The notes below the pieces were generated by a model that worked only from the letters and a program-made list of their open reading frames with translations, made no database searches and was not told where the DNA came from. This document shows, one piece after another, positions 1 to 9,790 of a DNA stretch of 64,000 nucleotides. Where the stretch lies: positions 25,359-89,358 of the forward strand of contig JAUNSR010000003.1 of assembly GCA_030539115.1 (NCBI GenBank), read 5' to 3'. The position numbers and the translations under genes were made by a program. Position 1 is the stretch's first letter; each line of letters begins with the position of its first letter. Source of the DNA: Bacteroidales bacterium (GTDB taxonomy: Bacteria; Bacteroidota; Bacteroidia; Bacteroidales; JAUNSR01).

Positions 1-1454
1 ACAGAGGCTTTCTTTGTCGACCACTCGTTTTGAGCGTACACTCCAACAAGATTTGTTTTCTGGTCGATGGTTCTGTTATACCCGAGCATCTTGTCGGTAA
101 GGCTGTTGTAGGTGTAGTCTGTTCCAGCTGTAAACGAAGCGGGCATAAACCAAAGGTTTTCAAAGCGATGAATCCACTGAGCCCCCGCATTGAAAGTAAT
201 ATCATCAGTTTTGCCATAGGCATCAAGATTCATATTGGTTCCGAAATATGATTTACGGTCGATATTCTGGGCGGAAGAGTATATGTTGAATGAATTTCTT
301 AAATTTTTTGACAAATAGTCATAGTTAATGCCACCGCCATATATAGAATGTTCTATTTGCTCAGCCAAGGATGCTTCATGAGGCGGGTTTTCCAGATTGT
401 CACCTCCTCTTCTAAACTCATCTATGGCATGAAATTCGGCTGTAAGCTTAGAGGATTGACCGATTTTCCTGTATGCCCTGAAACCCATTGTTTTATTGTT
501 TATCTGAGGCAGTTCACTATATCCGTCATCATTTCTATCATATACGGAACGATCTCTCATCATTGAAAAGAGATAGACACCTGTTTTGTAATCGTCGGAA
601 ACGATCGAGCCGTTGAGGGATGTGTTTATATCCGACGAGCCTTTTCCTAAAAAAACCGACTGATTAGAGAGCTGAATCAATGATGAGGTTGGCTCCTTTG
701 TTATAATGTTTACAGTTCCTCCGATTGCATTTGAGCCGAATAGAGCAGAACCGCCACCTCTGACAACCTCAACGCGTTCGATCATTGCCGCAGGCAGCTG
801 TTCCAATCCGTAAACCATTCCCAATGAACTGAAAATAGGACGGCTGTCAAGGAGCATTTGAGTGTATTGTCCCGACAATCCGTTAATTCTAAGCTGAGGC
901 ACACCGCAGTTACCGCAATCATACTCCACCCTTAATCCCGGTTGAAAATCGAGGATATCCGCAGGACATTTCGCCATTGTGTTTTCAAACATTTTCGGTG
1001 AAACAACGCTTACAATCGATGCAGTCTCCCTCTTTTTAGTGGCATATCTGTTTCCCGTCACCACGACCTCTTCGAGGTCAGTCTGAGATGGGTCAAGCTG
1101 AAAATGCAATATAGAAGTATTCCCCATAGATGTTTTAATTGAGGCTGTCATCGGCTCATAACCAATAAATGAGGCTTTAAACGTGAGGGTTCCCTCCGGA
1201 AGATTTGTAATCATGTAATGGCCGCTCTCATCAGAAACTGCGCCGAAGCTTTGAGAGCCCGAATTTTGCTTAACACCATTCTCATCAGTTACCGACAAAA
1301 GCACAATCGTTGCATAGGGAATATGCTCGCCTGTAGTTTTATCCTTTACATGTCCGGTTATATTTATATCTGTTTTAAGCTTTTTGCTCTGAGAATAAAG
1401 AGGAGATATCATTGCAGAAAGCAACGATATGAAAAGTATTATTTTAATTTTCAT
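1..1454 (-). CDS. TonB-dependent outer-membrane receptor (N-terminal 484 codons; 3' end lies beyond window start)
   Basis: Absent from the ORF track because it is open at the window edge. My translation of the minus strand from the ATG at 1454-1452 gives MKIKIILFISLLSAMISPLYSQ (signal peptide), ITGHVKDKTTGEHIPYATIVL (CarboxypepD_reg-like), VVVTGNRYATKKRETASIVSVV and ERVEVVRGGGSALFGSNAIGGTVNIITK (plug). There is no stop down to base 1. It contains an EYDCGNCGVPQLRINGL motif. Confidence 0.8.
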   Translation of the reverse strand, partial: MKIKIILFISLLSAMISPLYSQSKKLKTDINITGHVKDKTTGEHIPYATIVLLSVTDENGVKQNSGSQSFGAVSDESGHYMITNLPEGTLTFKASFIGYEPMTASIKTSMGNTSILHFQLDPSQTDLEEVVVTGNRYATKKRETASIVSVVSPKMFENTMAKCPADILDFQPGLRVEYDCGNCGVPQLRINGLSGQYTQMLLDSRPIFSSLGMVYGLEQLPAAMIERVEVVRGGGSALFGSNAIGGTVNIITKEPTSSLIQLSNQSVFLGKGSSDINTSLNGSIVSDDYKTGVYLFSMMRDRSVYDRNDDGYSELPQINNKTMGFRAYRKIGQSSKLTAEFHAIDEFRRGGDNLENPPHEASLAEQIEHSIYGGGINYDYLSKNLRNSFNIYSSAQNIDRKSYFGTNMNLDAYGKTDDITFNAGAQWIHRFENLWFMPASFTAGTDYTYNSLTDKMLGYNRTIDQKTNLVGVYAQNEWSTKKAS

Positions 1455-1560
1455 TTGTATATATTTTAATTAAATATTTTTACACTAAGGTACAAATGCT
1501 CCATTTATATACCTTTGGGCGGGGTATCTCATCTTAATGTGAGTTATGGCGATTGAATTG
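1452..1560 (-). repeat. 105-bp start-codon-abutting repeat, copy A (subfamily 1, distal ATGAAA degenerate)
   Basis: The sense-strand core TCGCCATAACTCACATTAAGATGAGATACCCCGCCCAAAGGTATATAAATGGAGCATTTGTACCTTAG plus an AT-rich tail ends in the receptor ATG. It is homologous to the copies at 6905, 22362, 26193 and 41930. Confidence 0.85.
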
Positions 1561-1710
1561 ATTTGCAGTTCAATTATTTTCAATAAGGAATAAACAAGGC
1601 ATTTACATATCCTTTTTTAAAAATCTCAGCCTGAATAAGCCGGGCATAAGCTCACCCTATCTCCTTAAAAACAAGGAGATAAATCTAAGGAAATGAGATA
1701 AAATACAAAA

Positions 1711-2055
1711 TCAAGAAAAAATTGGAGGTGCTCTTAGTGCAGGATGATTCCCTGATATAGTTATAGGGAAATATTCTACGGAAGGATTGATTATTGAGGC
1801 AATACCGAGAAATGGATTAAGAAACAGATTCTGCTCCTGCCATAAAGCCGCATTAAGGGCAATTGCAGAGATAAAGGAGACTTCAGAAGCCGAATGTCCA
1901 TGATTGCCTGACTGATAAGGATGAGAGTGGGTAATTAAAATGCCATCTATCTCATGAGTATGAATAAACAAATTTGAAGATATCCAAATGCCGACATACA
2001 ATGATATAAAAAACATTGCAACAAGCATTTTCATATTTCTAATTTTATTTGTCAA
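1711..2055 (-). CDS. small membrane protein with a His-rich motif (hypothetical)
   Basis: ORF track entry. It has an N-terminal hydrophobic helix (MLVAMFFISLYVGIWISS) followed by HTHEIDGILITHSHPYQSGNHGHS. The start may instead be an internal Met (2034 or 2028). It lies directly upstream of the TonB-dependent receptor. Confidence 0.4.
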   Translation of the reverse strand: MTNKIRNMKMLVAMFFISLYVGIWISSNLFIHTHEIDGILITHSHPYQSGNHGHSASEVSFISAIALNAALWQEQNLFLNPFLGIASIINPSVEYFPITISGNHPALRAPPIFS

Positions 2056-2240
2056 ACTCTTTCCTTAATAAAAATTGGTAAATCTTAGCGTGAAAACGAA
2101 CTTTGTGCAAAAGTATTAAAAAAACAGTAAACAGCCTGTATTTTAATTCTCCTTTTAGTTAATAGATGATTAAAGCAATAAAAAAATTTTCTAACAAATA
2201 GATTTAAACCTGTTTGCAAAATTATACCGTAACTTCTTTT

Positions 2241-2248
2241 TACCTTTG
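2241..2248 (+). promoter_or_regulatory. Bacteroidota -7 promoter box (TACCTTTG)
   Basis: Matches the TAnnTTTG consensus about 42 nt upstream of the M16 peptidase ATG. Confidence 0.5.
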
Positions 2249-2289
2249 GCATCATTTTATAAGAAGATAAAAAGTAAACAGAAAAAGAT

Positions 2290-3513
2290 ATGATATATCA
2301 AAACACTACTCTTGAAAGCGGACTCAGGATTGTTCACATGCCGGTAAATTCGCCGGTTTTTTATTGCGGCTTTGCAATAAATACGGGCAGCCGCGATGAG
2401 AGTGAGGAGATTTTCGGGATGGCTCATTTCACAGAACACATGATATTTAAGGGAACCAAGAAAAGAAGCTCTTACAACATTCTTAACCGAATGGAAAGAG
2501 TCGGCGGCGACCTTAATGCCTACACCTCCAAAGAGGAGACCTTTGTTTATTCTATTTTTCTTAAAGAAAACTTTGACAGGGCGTGCCAGCTGCTCTGCGA
2601 CCTTGTCGTAAACTCGACCTTTCCTGCAAAGGAGATCGAGAAAGAGGTCGGAGTTATTGTCGATGAGATAAATTCCTATCGTGACAACCCTCCTGAAATG
2701 ATTTACGATGAATTCGAGAACATGATTTTCGCCGGTCATTCTATGGGACACAACATTTTGGGTGATGAAAAAACTCTCGAGAGTTTTGATTCCGCCAAGG
2801 GAGTCAGCTTTCTTAAGGAAAGATATATTCCTGAAAAGATGGTGTTTTTTACCATGGGCGATCTTCCTTTTGACAGCATAGTAAAGAGTGTGGCAAAATA
2901 TTATGAACCGGATTCAAAGTCCAATCATCCTGTGCCAAAAAGAGAGATGCCGGAAGAATATAACAAGGCTTTCAGAAAGGAGGAGCTCGACACTTACCAA
3001 AGCCATGTAATCATTGGGGGACGTGCCTATAACATGTTTGATGAAAAAAGATACTCTTTAGCTCTTTTAAACAATATACTTGGAGGTCCCGGCATGAACA
3101 GCCGTCTCAATGTAAGCATGAGGGAGAAAAGAGGATATGTTTATAATGTGGAGTCAGTCTATACTCCATATACCGACACCGGTGTTTTCAGCATCTATTT
3201 CGGTTCTGATCAGAAGAAGACTGAGAAATGTATTTCACTGATAAACTCCGAACTTAAGACTCTTCGTGACAAAAAGCTCTCTTCAATAGAGCTTGAAAGG
3301 GCAAAGCGTCAGATAAAAGGGCAGCTTGGCGTTGCCACCGACAATAGGGAGAATGTGTGCATGAACATGGCAAAGGCATTTCTTCATTTTAACAAATATG
3401 ACTCTTTGGAGACGGTATGCAAAGAGATCGACGCGGTAACGGAATCTCAAATACTTGAGTGTGCCAATGAGATAATGGATGATTCTAAGCTCTCTACTCT
3501 GATATTTCAATAG
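2290..3513 (+). CDS. M16 family (pitrilysin/insulinase-like) zinc metallopeptidase
   Basis: Carries the inverted zinc motif HxxEH in GMAHFTEHMIFKGT. Length and overall pattern are typical of M16 peptidases. Confidence 0.85.
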   Translation: MIYQNTTLESGLRIVHMPVNSPVFYCGFAINTGSRDESEEIFGMAHFTEHMIFKGTKKRSSYNILNRMERVGGDLNAYTSKEETFVYSIFLKENFDRACQLLCDLVVNSTFPAKEIEKEVGVIVDEINSYRDNPPEMIYDEFENMIFAGHSMGHNILGDEKTLESFDSAKGVSFLKERYIPEKMVFFTMGDLPFDSIVKSVAKYYEPDSKSNHPVPKREMPEEYNKAFRKEELDTYQSHVIIGGRAYNMFDEKRYSLALLNNILGGPGMNSRLNVSMREKRGYVYNVESVYTPYTDTGVFSIYFGSDQKKTEKCISLINSELKTLRDKKLSSIELERAKRQIKGQLGVATDNRENVCMNMAKAFLHFNKYDSLETVCKEIDAVTESQILECANEIMDDSKLSTLIFQ

Positions 3514-3600
3514 AATGATGTTCATTTTAGCCTGAACATCTGAAATGCTTTTCGGCATTATCATCATAAAGTGTAAAAAAATTTAATCAACAGCTTATCA

Positions 3601-4746
3601 ATGATACCTCACAGCGGGATACCTGACGATAAAAACAGTATAGAAAATAATAAAACCAAGGTGCTTTTGGGGATGAGCGGAGGCACTGACAGTTCGACTT
3701 CTGCACTCATTCTTTTGGAGCAGGGATATGAGGTTATTGGGATAACATTTGTATTTTGCGATGGCAACGACCACCATATTGCCGATGCCGCTTCTCTTGC
3801 CGAGCGTTTGAATATTAAACACATCGTATATGATGCAAGAGAAATATTCAAGAAAAACATTCTTTCTTATTTTATTTCAGAATATATGTCGGGACGTACC
3901 CCTGTTCCATGTATTAAATGCAACAATTATCTTAAGTGGCCTCTTTTAGCTAAAACAGCCGATGAAATGGGTATTTATTATATTGCCACCGGGCATTATA
4001 TAAAAACTATAAAGAGAGGCACAGTCGAAGATGAAAAAATTTATATTTCCCGGGGCAATGACCCCGACAAAGACCAGTCGTTTTTTATGTGGGGCTTAAA
4101 GCCTGATCTTCTTAAAAGAATTGTTGTGCCTTTAGGTTCATTGTCTAAAAGTCAAGTAAGAGAAATAGCGGCAAACAAGGGTCATAAAAAAGTTGCTGAA
4201 AAGAAAGACAGTCTGGGGGTTTGTTTCTGCCCCGGTGATTACAGGGACTTTCTTAAATCAAATGTGCCGTCGGGATCGATTAAAGAGGGATATTTCGTGG
4301 ATACAAACGGCAAAATATTGGGCAAACACAGCGGTTATCCGTTCTTTACAGTTGGGCAAAGACGCAATCTTGGCATACACCTCAACAAGGCGATTTTTGT
4401 CAAGGAGATAATAGCTCAGGAGAACAAGGTAGTTATTGCGTCAGGTGATGAGATGTATAAAACCGTTATGTATCTTAAGGAGGTAAATGTGAATTATCCT
4501 GAGGATTTAAGCTCTGATTCTGCCAATCTGAATTATACTGACCCGGCAAATGTGGCTGACAATACAATTATTTGCAGAATAAGGTACAGGAAACAAAACA
4601 CTCCATGTTCTGTTGAACTGCTCGATGGAAACAGGGCAAAGGTTACTTTTCATGAACCGCTGAATTCTGTTGCTCCCGGTCAAGGCGCGGCATTCTATAA
4701 AGGAGAGATACTTGTGGGCGGAGGAATAATAGATTATGCTCTATAA
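3601..4746 (+). CDS. mnmA: tRNA 2-thiouridine(34) synthase MnmA
   Basis: PP-loop VLLGMSGGTDSS, CIKCN cysteine motif, and C-terminal GQGAAFY. Confidence 0.85.
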   Translation: MIPHSGIPDDKNSIENNKTKVLLGMSGGTDSSTSALILLEQGYEVIGITFVFCDGNDHHIADAASLAERLNIKHIVYDAREIFKKNILSYFISEYMSGRTPVPCIKCNNYLKWPLLAKTADEMGIYYIATGHYIKTIKRGTVEDEKIYISRGNDPDKDQSFFMWGLKPDLLKRIVVPLGSLSKSQVREIAANKGHKKVAEKKDSLGVCFCPGDYRDFLKSNVPSGSIKEGYFVDTNGKILGKHSGYPFFTVGQRRNLGIHLNKAIFVKEIIAQENKVVIASGDEMYKTVMYLKEVNVNYPEDLSSDSANLNYTDPANVADNTIICRIRYRKQNTPCSVELLDGNRAKVTFHEPLNSVAPGQGAAFYKGEILVGGGIIDYAL

Positions 4747-4855
4747 AAGTATCTTTCTGTAAGTAGTCGGCAAAAAAGCATCGTACAAGGCGGTGTGCTC
4801 TGCTCTATAAAAGACTCTTTTTGTAAAGTGAACCTGAAAAGTTTATTTTAAGAAT

Positions 4856-6907
4856 CTATTTCACCATCACTTTGCCAGAAGAGACTTTGTTTCTTTCCCT
4901 TATATTAACGATGTAGACTCCCGGAGAACTTATATCAAATTGAGCGACAACATCCAAAGTCTTTGACACTGAAATAATTTTTCCATCCGGAGCGGCAATT
5001 GTTATTTCTGCTCCTATGCTTACTCCTAAGACAATGATTTTACCCGACTGAGCGTAAATCAAAGGCTTTATCTCTTTTTCGTTTTCTATCGATGAAGGGA
5101 TTGTATATGGGATAAACTGCCATAATTTGTCAGAAGCATCATCGTTGTTATTGTACATAACAATGCGGTTGTCATCTTCACGAAGTCGGTGGCGAAGAAG
5201 AAAGCCGTCAGCCTTGGAAACGATTTTGAAAGATGTGGTATAATTCTGAAGATTCCACACCTGACGTTCATCATTTTTATCTGTATCAAGCATTTGGGGC
5301 ACAACATTGTTTACTCCCGCTGCCGTGTTGGCAAGAGCTGAGTTTTCATTTGAATAGGAAATCGTTATATCGTTGGGAGCATCGTCATCATAATCAACTC
5401 TCCAGAAGGAGTTTTGACTGTTTGATTCAGTCATAATAGGATTGCCTGAATTGTCAACGCTCAAATATTGTGACGAGGAAACATTTCGTATCATATAATT
5501 TCCTTTTTCAATCATCGGCTTGAGAAGCCAGTTTTCATCAAGAAATGCGAGTCTCAAAGAGATCCAGTTTTTAAGATAGTCAATCTCATCGCTGTAAGAT
5601 GTGGAGACATAATAGTTTGGCCAGATATATTCGCCCCATTTGGGCCATGCAGCACTGTTTCTCTGCTCGGCATCTTCAACAGTTAAAATCAAGGAGAGAG
5701 AATCTATAACATTATCTATTCTTTCATCTGAAAAAGAGGACTTACGATAGTTTGCCCAGTTGTTTCTTAGAAGTTTCATGAAACTTTGGTCGGCAAGCAT
5801 CTTATACCACCAGAACGGAACGAGCTGATCATTGCCTATGTTGTTGTAATTGTACGCCCAAGAGGAGGTATTCCAGCCGTCGGCATAATCGCAGTTGCCT
5901 AAAGAGATATTAAAATCCCATAAAGCTGTCCTAAACTTGCCTCCGTCCTTTGAATCACGGTATTTGTATAATGGTGAGCTGAGGCGGTAACCATCGGTAT
6001 TTCTTGAAAACTCGGTTGAAATCATAAAATTGACAAAAGAGTTTTCATCAGCATATTTTCTCCAGCCATTGTCGGGGTCCTGATAGTAGGATGAGGTAAA
6101 AGATGCTTCAAATGTGTTGATAGACTGATGAAGATAGAAAAGCTGCTTTGCATCCATATCCTCATAATCGGGATATTTGTATTGAAAGAAGGTGCGTTGA
6201 TTTCTTTCAGAGCCATCAGGGTTGATCGAATAGAAAATAGATGTGTAATAGTTGGGCTCGTCATTCCTGTCAACCTCAACCATATATCCTCCTGAAAGGG
6301 CATCACCCTCAAGACCGGGCTTTTCAAGATTTATTCTGTTTTCGCCTTGTCGGATACGGCTTCCGATAATATAGATGCCGTAGTAAGTATTGTCGAGAAT
6401 AAGCTCGCAGTATTTAAGTTGGGGTGTATATTCAAAATTGTGTTTTGAAAGGGTGTAAACCAAGACATCCCTTATCATGCTTCTATCTGAAAAAGGAGCA
6501 AGAAGAACCCAATCGGTATCTTCTCCTATTCCAAGAATTGAGGCATTCATTTTCTTTCCTTTTGCATTCTGAGTTCTAAAGCCGAATGGCTTTTTATCTG
6601 ATGAATTGAAAGAGGAATTGCCTCTGTATTTTAAGCCGATTTTTCCTGAATAGTCGAATTTCTGAGTCGGATTGGCGATAGTATCCAAATAATTAAGGTT
6701 TCCGTCTCCATTATAATATATCTTCATGTCAGCCTCGATCCTCTCCTCTCGGTCGATAATCTGATTGTTGGTATTGATCACCACAATAGGAAGATTGGTT
6801 TTCTCTAATTTGACGGATATCAAAGGCTTGTAGTTATCTGCCCTTTGAGCCTGCAAAGCACCTGCCAAAGAGAAAAAAATGATAATCGAGGAGAGAAAAA
6901 CTTTCAT
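4856..6907 (-). CDS. secreted CotH-family protein with ricin-type (QxW) lectin module and T9SS C-terminal sorting domain
   Basis: Signal peptide MKVFLSSIIIFFSLAGALQA; CotH-like segments (DTDWVLLAPFSDRSMIRD, GGYMVEVDR, WDFNISLGNCDY); three QxW-like repeats (NSFWRV, RQVWNL, DKLWQF). The last ~70 aa (..ITIAAPDGKIISV..FDISSPGVYIVNI..KVMVK) resemble a Por/T9SS C-terminal domain. Confidence 0.65.
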   Translation of the reverse strand: MKVFLSSIIIFFSLAGALQAQRADNYKPLISVKLEKTNLPIVVINTNNQIIDREERIEADMKIYYNGDGNLNYLDTIANPTQKFDYSGKIGLKYRGNSSFNSSDKKPFGFRTQNAKGKKMNASILGIGEDTDWVLLAPFSDRSMIRDVLVYTLSKHNFEYTPQLKYCELILDNTYYGIYIIGSRIRQGENRINLEKPGLEGDALSGGYMVEVDRNDEPNYYTSIFYSINPDGSERNQRTFFQYKYPDYEDMDAKQLFYLHQSINTFEASFTSSYYQDPDNGWRKYADENSFVNFMISTEFSRNTDGYRLSSPLYKYRDSKDGGKFRTALWDFNISLGNCDYADGWNTSSWAYNYNNIGNDQLVPFWWYKMLADQSFMKLLRNNWANYRKSSFSDERIDNVIDSLSLILTVEDAEQRNSAAWPKWGEYIWPNYYVSTSYSDEIDYLKNWISLRLAFLDENWLLKPMIEKGNYMIRNVSSSQYLSVDNSGNPIMTESNSQNSFWRVDYDDDAPNDITISYSNENSALANTAAGVNNVVPQMLDTDKNDERQVWNLQNYTTSFKIVSKADGFLLRHRLREDDNRIVMYNNNDDASDKLWQFIPYTIPSSIENEKEIKPLIYAQSGKIIVLGVSIGAEITIAAPDGKIISVSKTLDVVAQFDISSPGVYIVNIRERNKVSSGKVMVK

Positions 6908-7004
6908 TTTTTTATAATTTAATTTTTAACACCAAGGTACAAATGCGCCTTTTATATACCTTTTGCCGGGTATCCCGACTTTGGGTGAGTTATGGCGTTT
7001 TCAT
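6905..7004 (-). repeat. start-codon-abutting repeat, copy B (subfamily 1, 97-bp ATG-to-ATG variant)
   Basis: Sense strand reads ATGAAAACGCCATAACTCACCCAAAGTCGGGATACCCGGCAAAAGGTATATAAAAGGCGCATTTGTACCTTGG, then an AT tail ending in the CotH-like gene ATG. Confidence 0.85.
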
Positions 7005-7062
7005 TTGTTTGTCATTATAATAAACCTGACATTTGAAACTTGAAAAAAGAGCCTGTAATAAT

Positions 7063-7097
7063 GTGCCGGCATTTAATGTGTGAAGATATGCCGGCAC
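7063..7097 (-). terminator. hairpin terminator downstream of the BSP-like gene
   Basis: GTGCCGGCAT-15 nt-ATGCCGGCAC forms a 10-bp GC-rich stem with only a modest T-rich tail on the minus strand. Confidence 0.5.
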
Positions 7098-7162
7098 TTA
7101 ATAAGCATTAATTAAAAAAAAGTGATGAATTCGACAGTGAGATAAAAGAAGAACATTGACAT

Positions 7163-8002
7163 TTATTCTTTTATGTCACCGACTGCAATTTGATATTCTT
7201 TCCAAAGATTTTCTATCTTGTATTTTTCATTTTTTCCAAAAATCTTTTTGAAAGCACCCTCAAAAGACCATGGAATTACTTCAAGAGTCGTGCGGTTTAG
7301 CTTTTTAAGAAAGTCCTTGTCCTTGTTGTTCATTATCCAGCAGAAGAAGAAACCTGTAGTGCGGTAGCCATCCATATAATTTCCGCCTTTTGGTCTGTCC
7401 TTATCGGTAAAGCATCCGTTTGCAACCCTGACGGCATCTGCCATTCCTTCAATCAGAGTCCAAAAAGGACCGCCGTCACCATAGGAACCGCACTGCTGAG
7501 GCTCCAATTGATAGGCATGAGTAAGTTCATGGTAAAGCACTCCCTTGGTTTCATAGTCGAGTTTGTCGGCACCGCCGTTTTCAAAAGTTTTTTCCACCCA
7601 ACGTGTGCTGTAAGCAATCTGAATAAAGTCACCGTTACCGCTTTTGGCAGAGATTCCATCATAGTCCTTAAGAATATATTTTATCTCCTTAATATATGGG
7701 ATGCTGTCTTTGGGAGAAAAATAGAGTGTATTGAGCACTTCCCTTGCGGCATCCTGAATATAAGTTTTTGGATCAGTGATCATGTTGTTGTAAAGCTCGG
7801 TTCCTTTTGCTTCGGGAGAAGCGACGATGAAGTTTACATTTCCTGTAAAGTATTTATCCCACTTAGACTTCTTATGATTTTTAACTTTACTGTCGGAGGC
7901 AAAAGATGTGCCCGCCTTATCAGCCTTACCGTTTGTCCCGGCAGATAATTCTACGGGACAAACAGATAAAGCCATGATAAAAATTAATAATAGATTTTTC
8001 AT
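7163..8002 (-). CDS. basic secretory protein-like (PF04450-type) putative metallopeptidase, secreted
   Basis: Signal peptide plus YHELTHAYQ (HExxH) followed by FWTLIEGMADAVRV, the pattern I associate with the BSP 'peptidase of plants and bacteria' family. Confidence 0.6.
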   Translation of the reverse strand: MKNLLLIFIMALSVCPVELSAGTNGKADKAGTSFASDSKVKNHKKSKWDKYFTGNVNFIVASPEAKGTELYNNMITDPKTYIQDAAREVLNTLYFSPKDSIPYIKEIKYILKDYDGISAKSGNGDFIQIAYSTRWVEKTFENGGADKLDYETKGVLYHELTHAYQLEPQQCGSYGDGGPFWTLIEGMADAVRVANGCFTDKDRPKGGNYMDGYRTTGFFFCWIMNNKDKDFLKKLNRTTLEVIPWSFEGAFKKIFGKNEKYKIENLWKEYQIAVGDIKE

Positions 8003-8097
8003 TAAATAATTTGTTGTGGAAAAATTGCGCTGTTTGATGGGTGGTAAATATTAATGAATATTTATATCATCATTTTTACCCTCCTGTTTAGTGCAAT

Positions 8098-9558
8098 TTA
8101 TCTTATAGAATTTAAAAGTTCAGGCTTCTCTTTTGAAAGCTTATACAGCAATTCGCCAAGGAGTGTATTTGCCCATGCAAACCAAGAACGGGTAAATTTG
8201 GATGCATCATCCTTTTGGAAAGATTCATGCATAAAGCCTGTGCCTGCATGAGTGTTTAGAAGCTGAAGCACACACTCTTTTATTTCATTGTCATCTTGAG
8301 ATGTAAAAGCCTGAGAGATTATTCCCATTGGCCAAATCCATTCTCTGCCAATATGAGGGCCTCCTACACCATGACCTGCAGCACCTTTGCTGTAATAAGG
8401 GTTTCTTTCGCTTAGAAGATGCTTTCTTGTGTTTTGATATAGTTTTGAATTGACATCGATGGCGCCAAGATATGGAAGAGAAAGCAGATTGGGAATATTG
8501 CCGTCGTCCATAGACATTTGGTTTCCAAAGCCGTCAACCTCGAAAGCAAGGATATCGCCCGATACCTCATCTTTTTTAACTGCATATTTGTAAAGTGCAT
8601 CTTCAACCTCTTTAGCCATTGCACGGCAGTCGGAAGCAAAAGATTTGTCGTTGAAAATCTCTTCTACCATCTCTGCACTTTGACGAAGAGAAACGACAGC
8701 AAAGAAATTGGATGGCACTAAGAAAGGAAGAATGGTTGCATCATCAGATGGACGGAAGGCTGAGACAATAAGACCGACCGGATTGATAGGATTGCCATAG
8801 CCATGACAAGGCTGGCTGTCCTCGACTCTGTCGCCGTTTCTTAAAAATGAATATGGACCTTTGTTCTCTTTTCTTTGTTGCTCTTTGAAAGTTCTATAGA
8901 TAATCTTTTGCGCCTCAAGCCATTTGTCATCAAAGGGTTCTTTGTTTTTTGTTTGCTTCCAATAGCCATAAGAAAGACGAATGGTGTAGCAAAGGGAGTC
9001 AATTTCCCATTTTCTTTCATGAAGCTCGGGCTTCATATCAGTAATATCTGTTTCCCAATGACTTCCTACAGGAGCATTATTGAAAGCGTTGGCATAAGGA
9101 TCGAAATGTACGCATTCAGTATGTTTATTGATTACCCCTTGTATCATTTTGTCAAGCTTCTTATCCTTTGAGACAAATGAAACGTAAGGATAGACTTGAG
9201 CAGAACTGTCGCGGAGCCACATAGCGTCGATATCTCCGGTAATAACATAAGTAAACGGCTTGCCGTTTTTCTCTTCATAAAATACAGTCGTATCAATTGT
9301 ATTTGGAAAACAGTTTGAGAAAAGCCATTGTAGTTCCTGGTCTTTTACTGTTTTGTTGAAGTCCTTAATTGTCTGCTCAATAATAGTACTGACAAATTTT
9401 CTCTCTGCCTGAGCAGGACGTTTGTCAAGGAAAAGCGTTTTAGCATCAACTTTAGTCTTGTTTTTTGGCTGAGAAGCCAAAACAGTTGAGGGCATAACCG
9501 AAAATGCCATAGCAGACATTCCCAAATTCTTTAAAAATTTTCTTCTTGAAATGCTCAT
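8098..9558 (-). CDS. GH125 exo-alpha-1,6-mannosidase (DUF1237 family)
   Basis: Twin-arginine-like signal MSISRRKFLKNLGMSAMAF and the hallmark TGDIDAMWLRDSSAQVYPY. Confidence 0.8.
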   Translation of the reverse strand: MSISRRKFLKNLGMSAMAFSVMPSTVLASQPKNKTKVDAKTLFLDKRPAQAERKFVSTIIEQTIKDFNKTVKDQELQWLFSNCFPNTIDTTVFYEEKNGKPFTYVITGDIDAMWLRDSSAQVYPYVSFVSKDKKLDKMIQGVINKHTECVHFDPYANAFNNAPVGSHWETDITDMKPELHERKWEIDSLCYTIRLSYGYWKQTKNKEPFDDKWLEAQKIIYRTFKEQQRKENKGPYSFLRNGDRVEDSQPCHGYGNPINPVGLIVSAFRPSDDATILPFLVPSNFFAVVSLRQSAEMVEEIFNDKSFASDCRAMAKEVEDALYKYAVKKDEVSGDILAFEVDGFGNQMSMDDGNIPNLLSLPYLGAIDVNSKLYQNTRKHLLSERNPYYSKGAAGHGVGGPHIGREWIWPMGIISQAFTSQDDNEIKECVLQLLNTHAGTGFMHESFQKDDASKFTRSWFAWANTLLGELLYKLSKEKPELLNSIR

Positions 9559-9790
9559 ATTCTCTTTGTTATTAGTTTAAGTGTATCTTTTAAATCTATT
9601 AATATATTTATTTATCTATCATGTAATGAAGATCTCTTTAATAATAATGTGAGGGATTAATCGAATCTAAATTTATCGATTTATTTATCCTTTAAAGTAT
9701 AAAGAGAGTATTAATAGCGTGAATTATGTTTTAATATTAATAGTTTATTCCGGTAAAAATGCCGATAAAACAAAATTTCAGATAATAGAA

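Noticed and set aside
30-1469. Plus-strand ORFs 30..251, 348..566 and 1218..1469
   Set aside because: All overlap the minus-strand TonB-dependent receptor, whose translation is continuous and motif-rich from 1454 to base 1.
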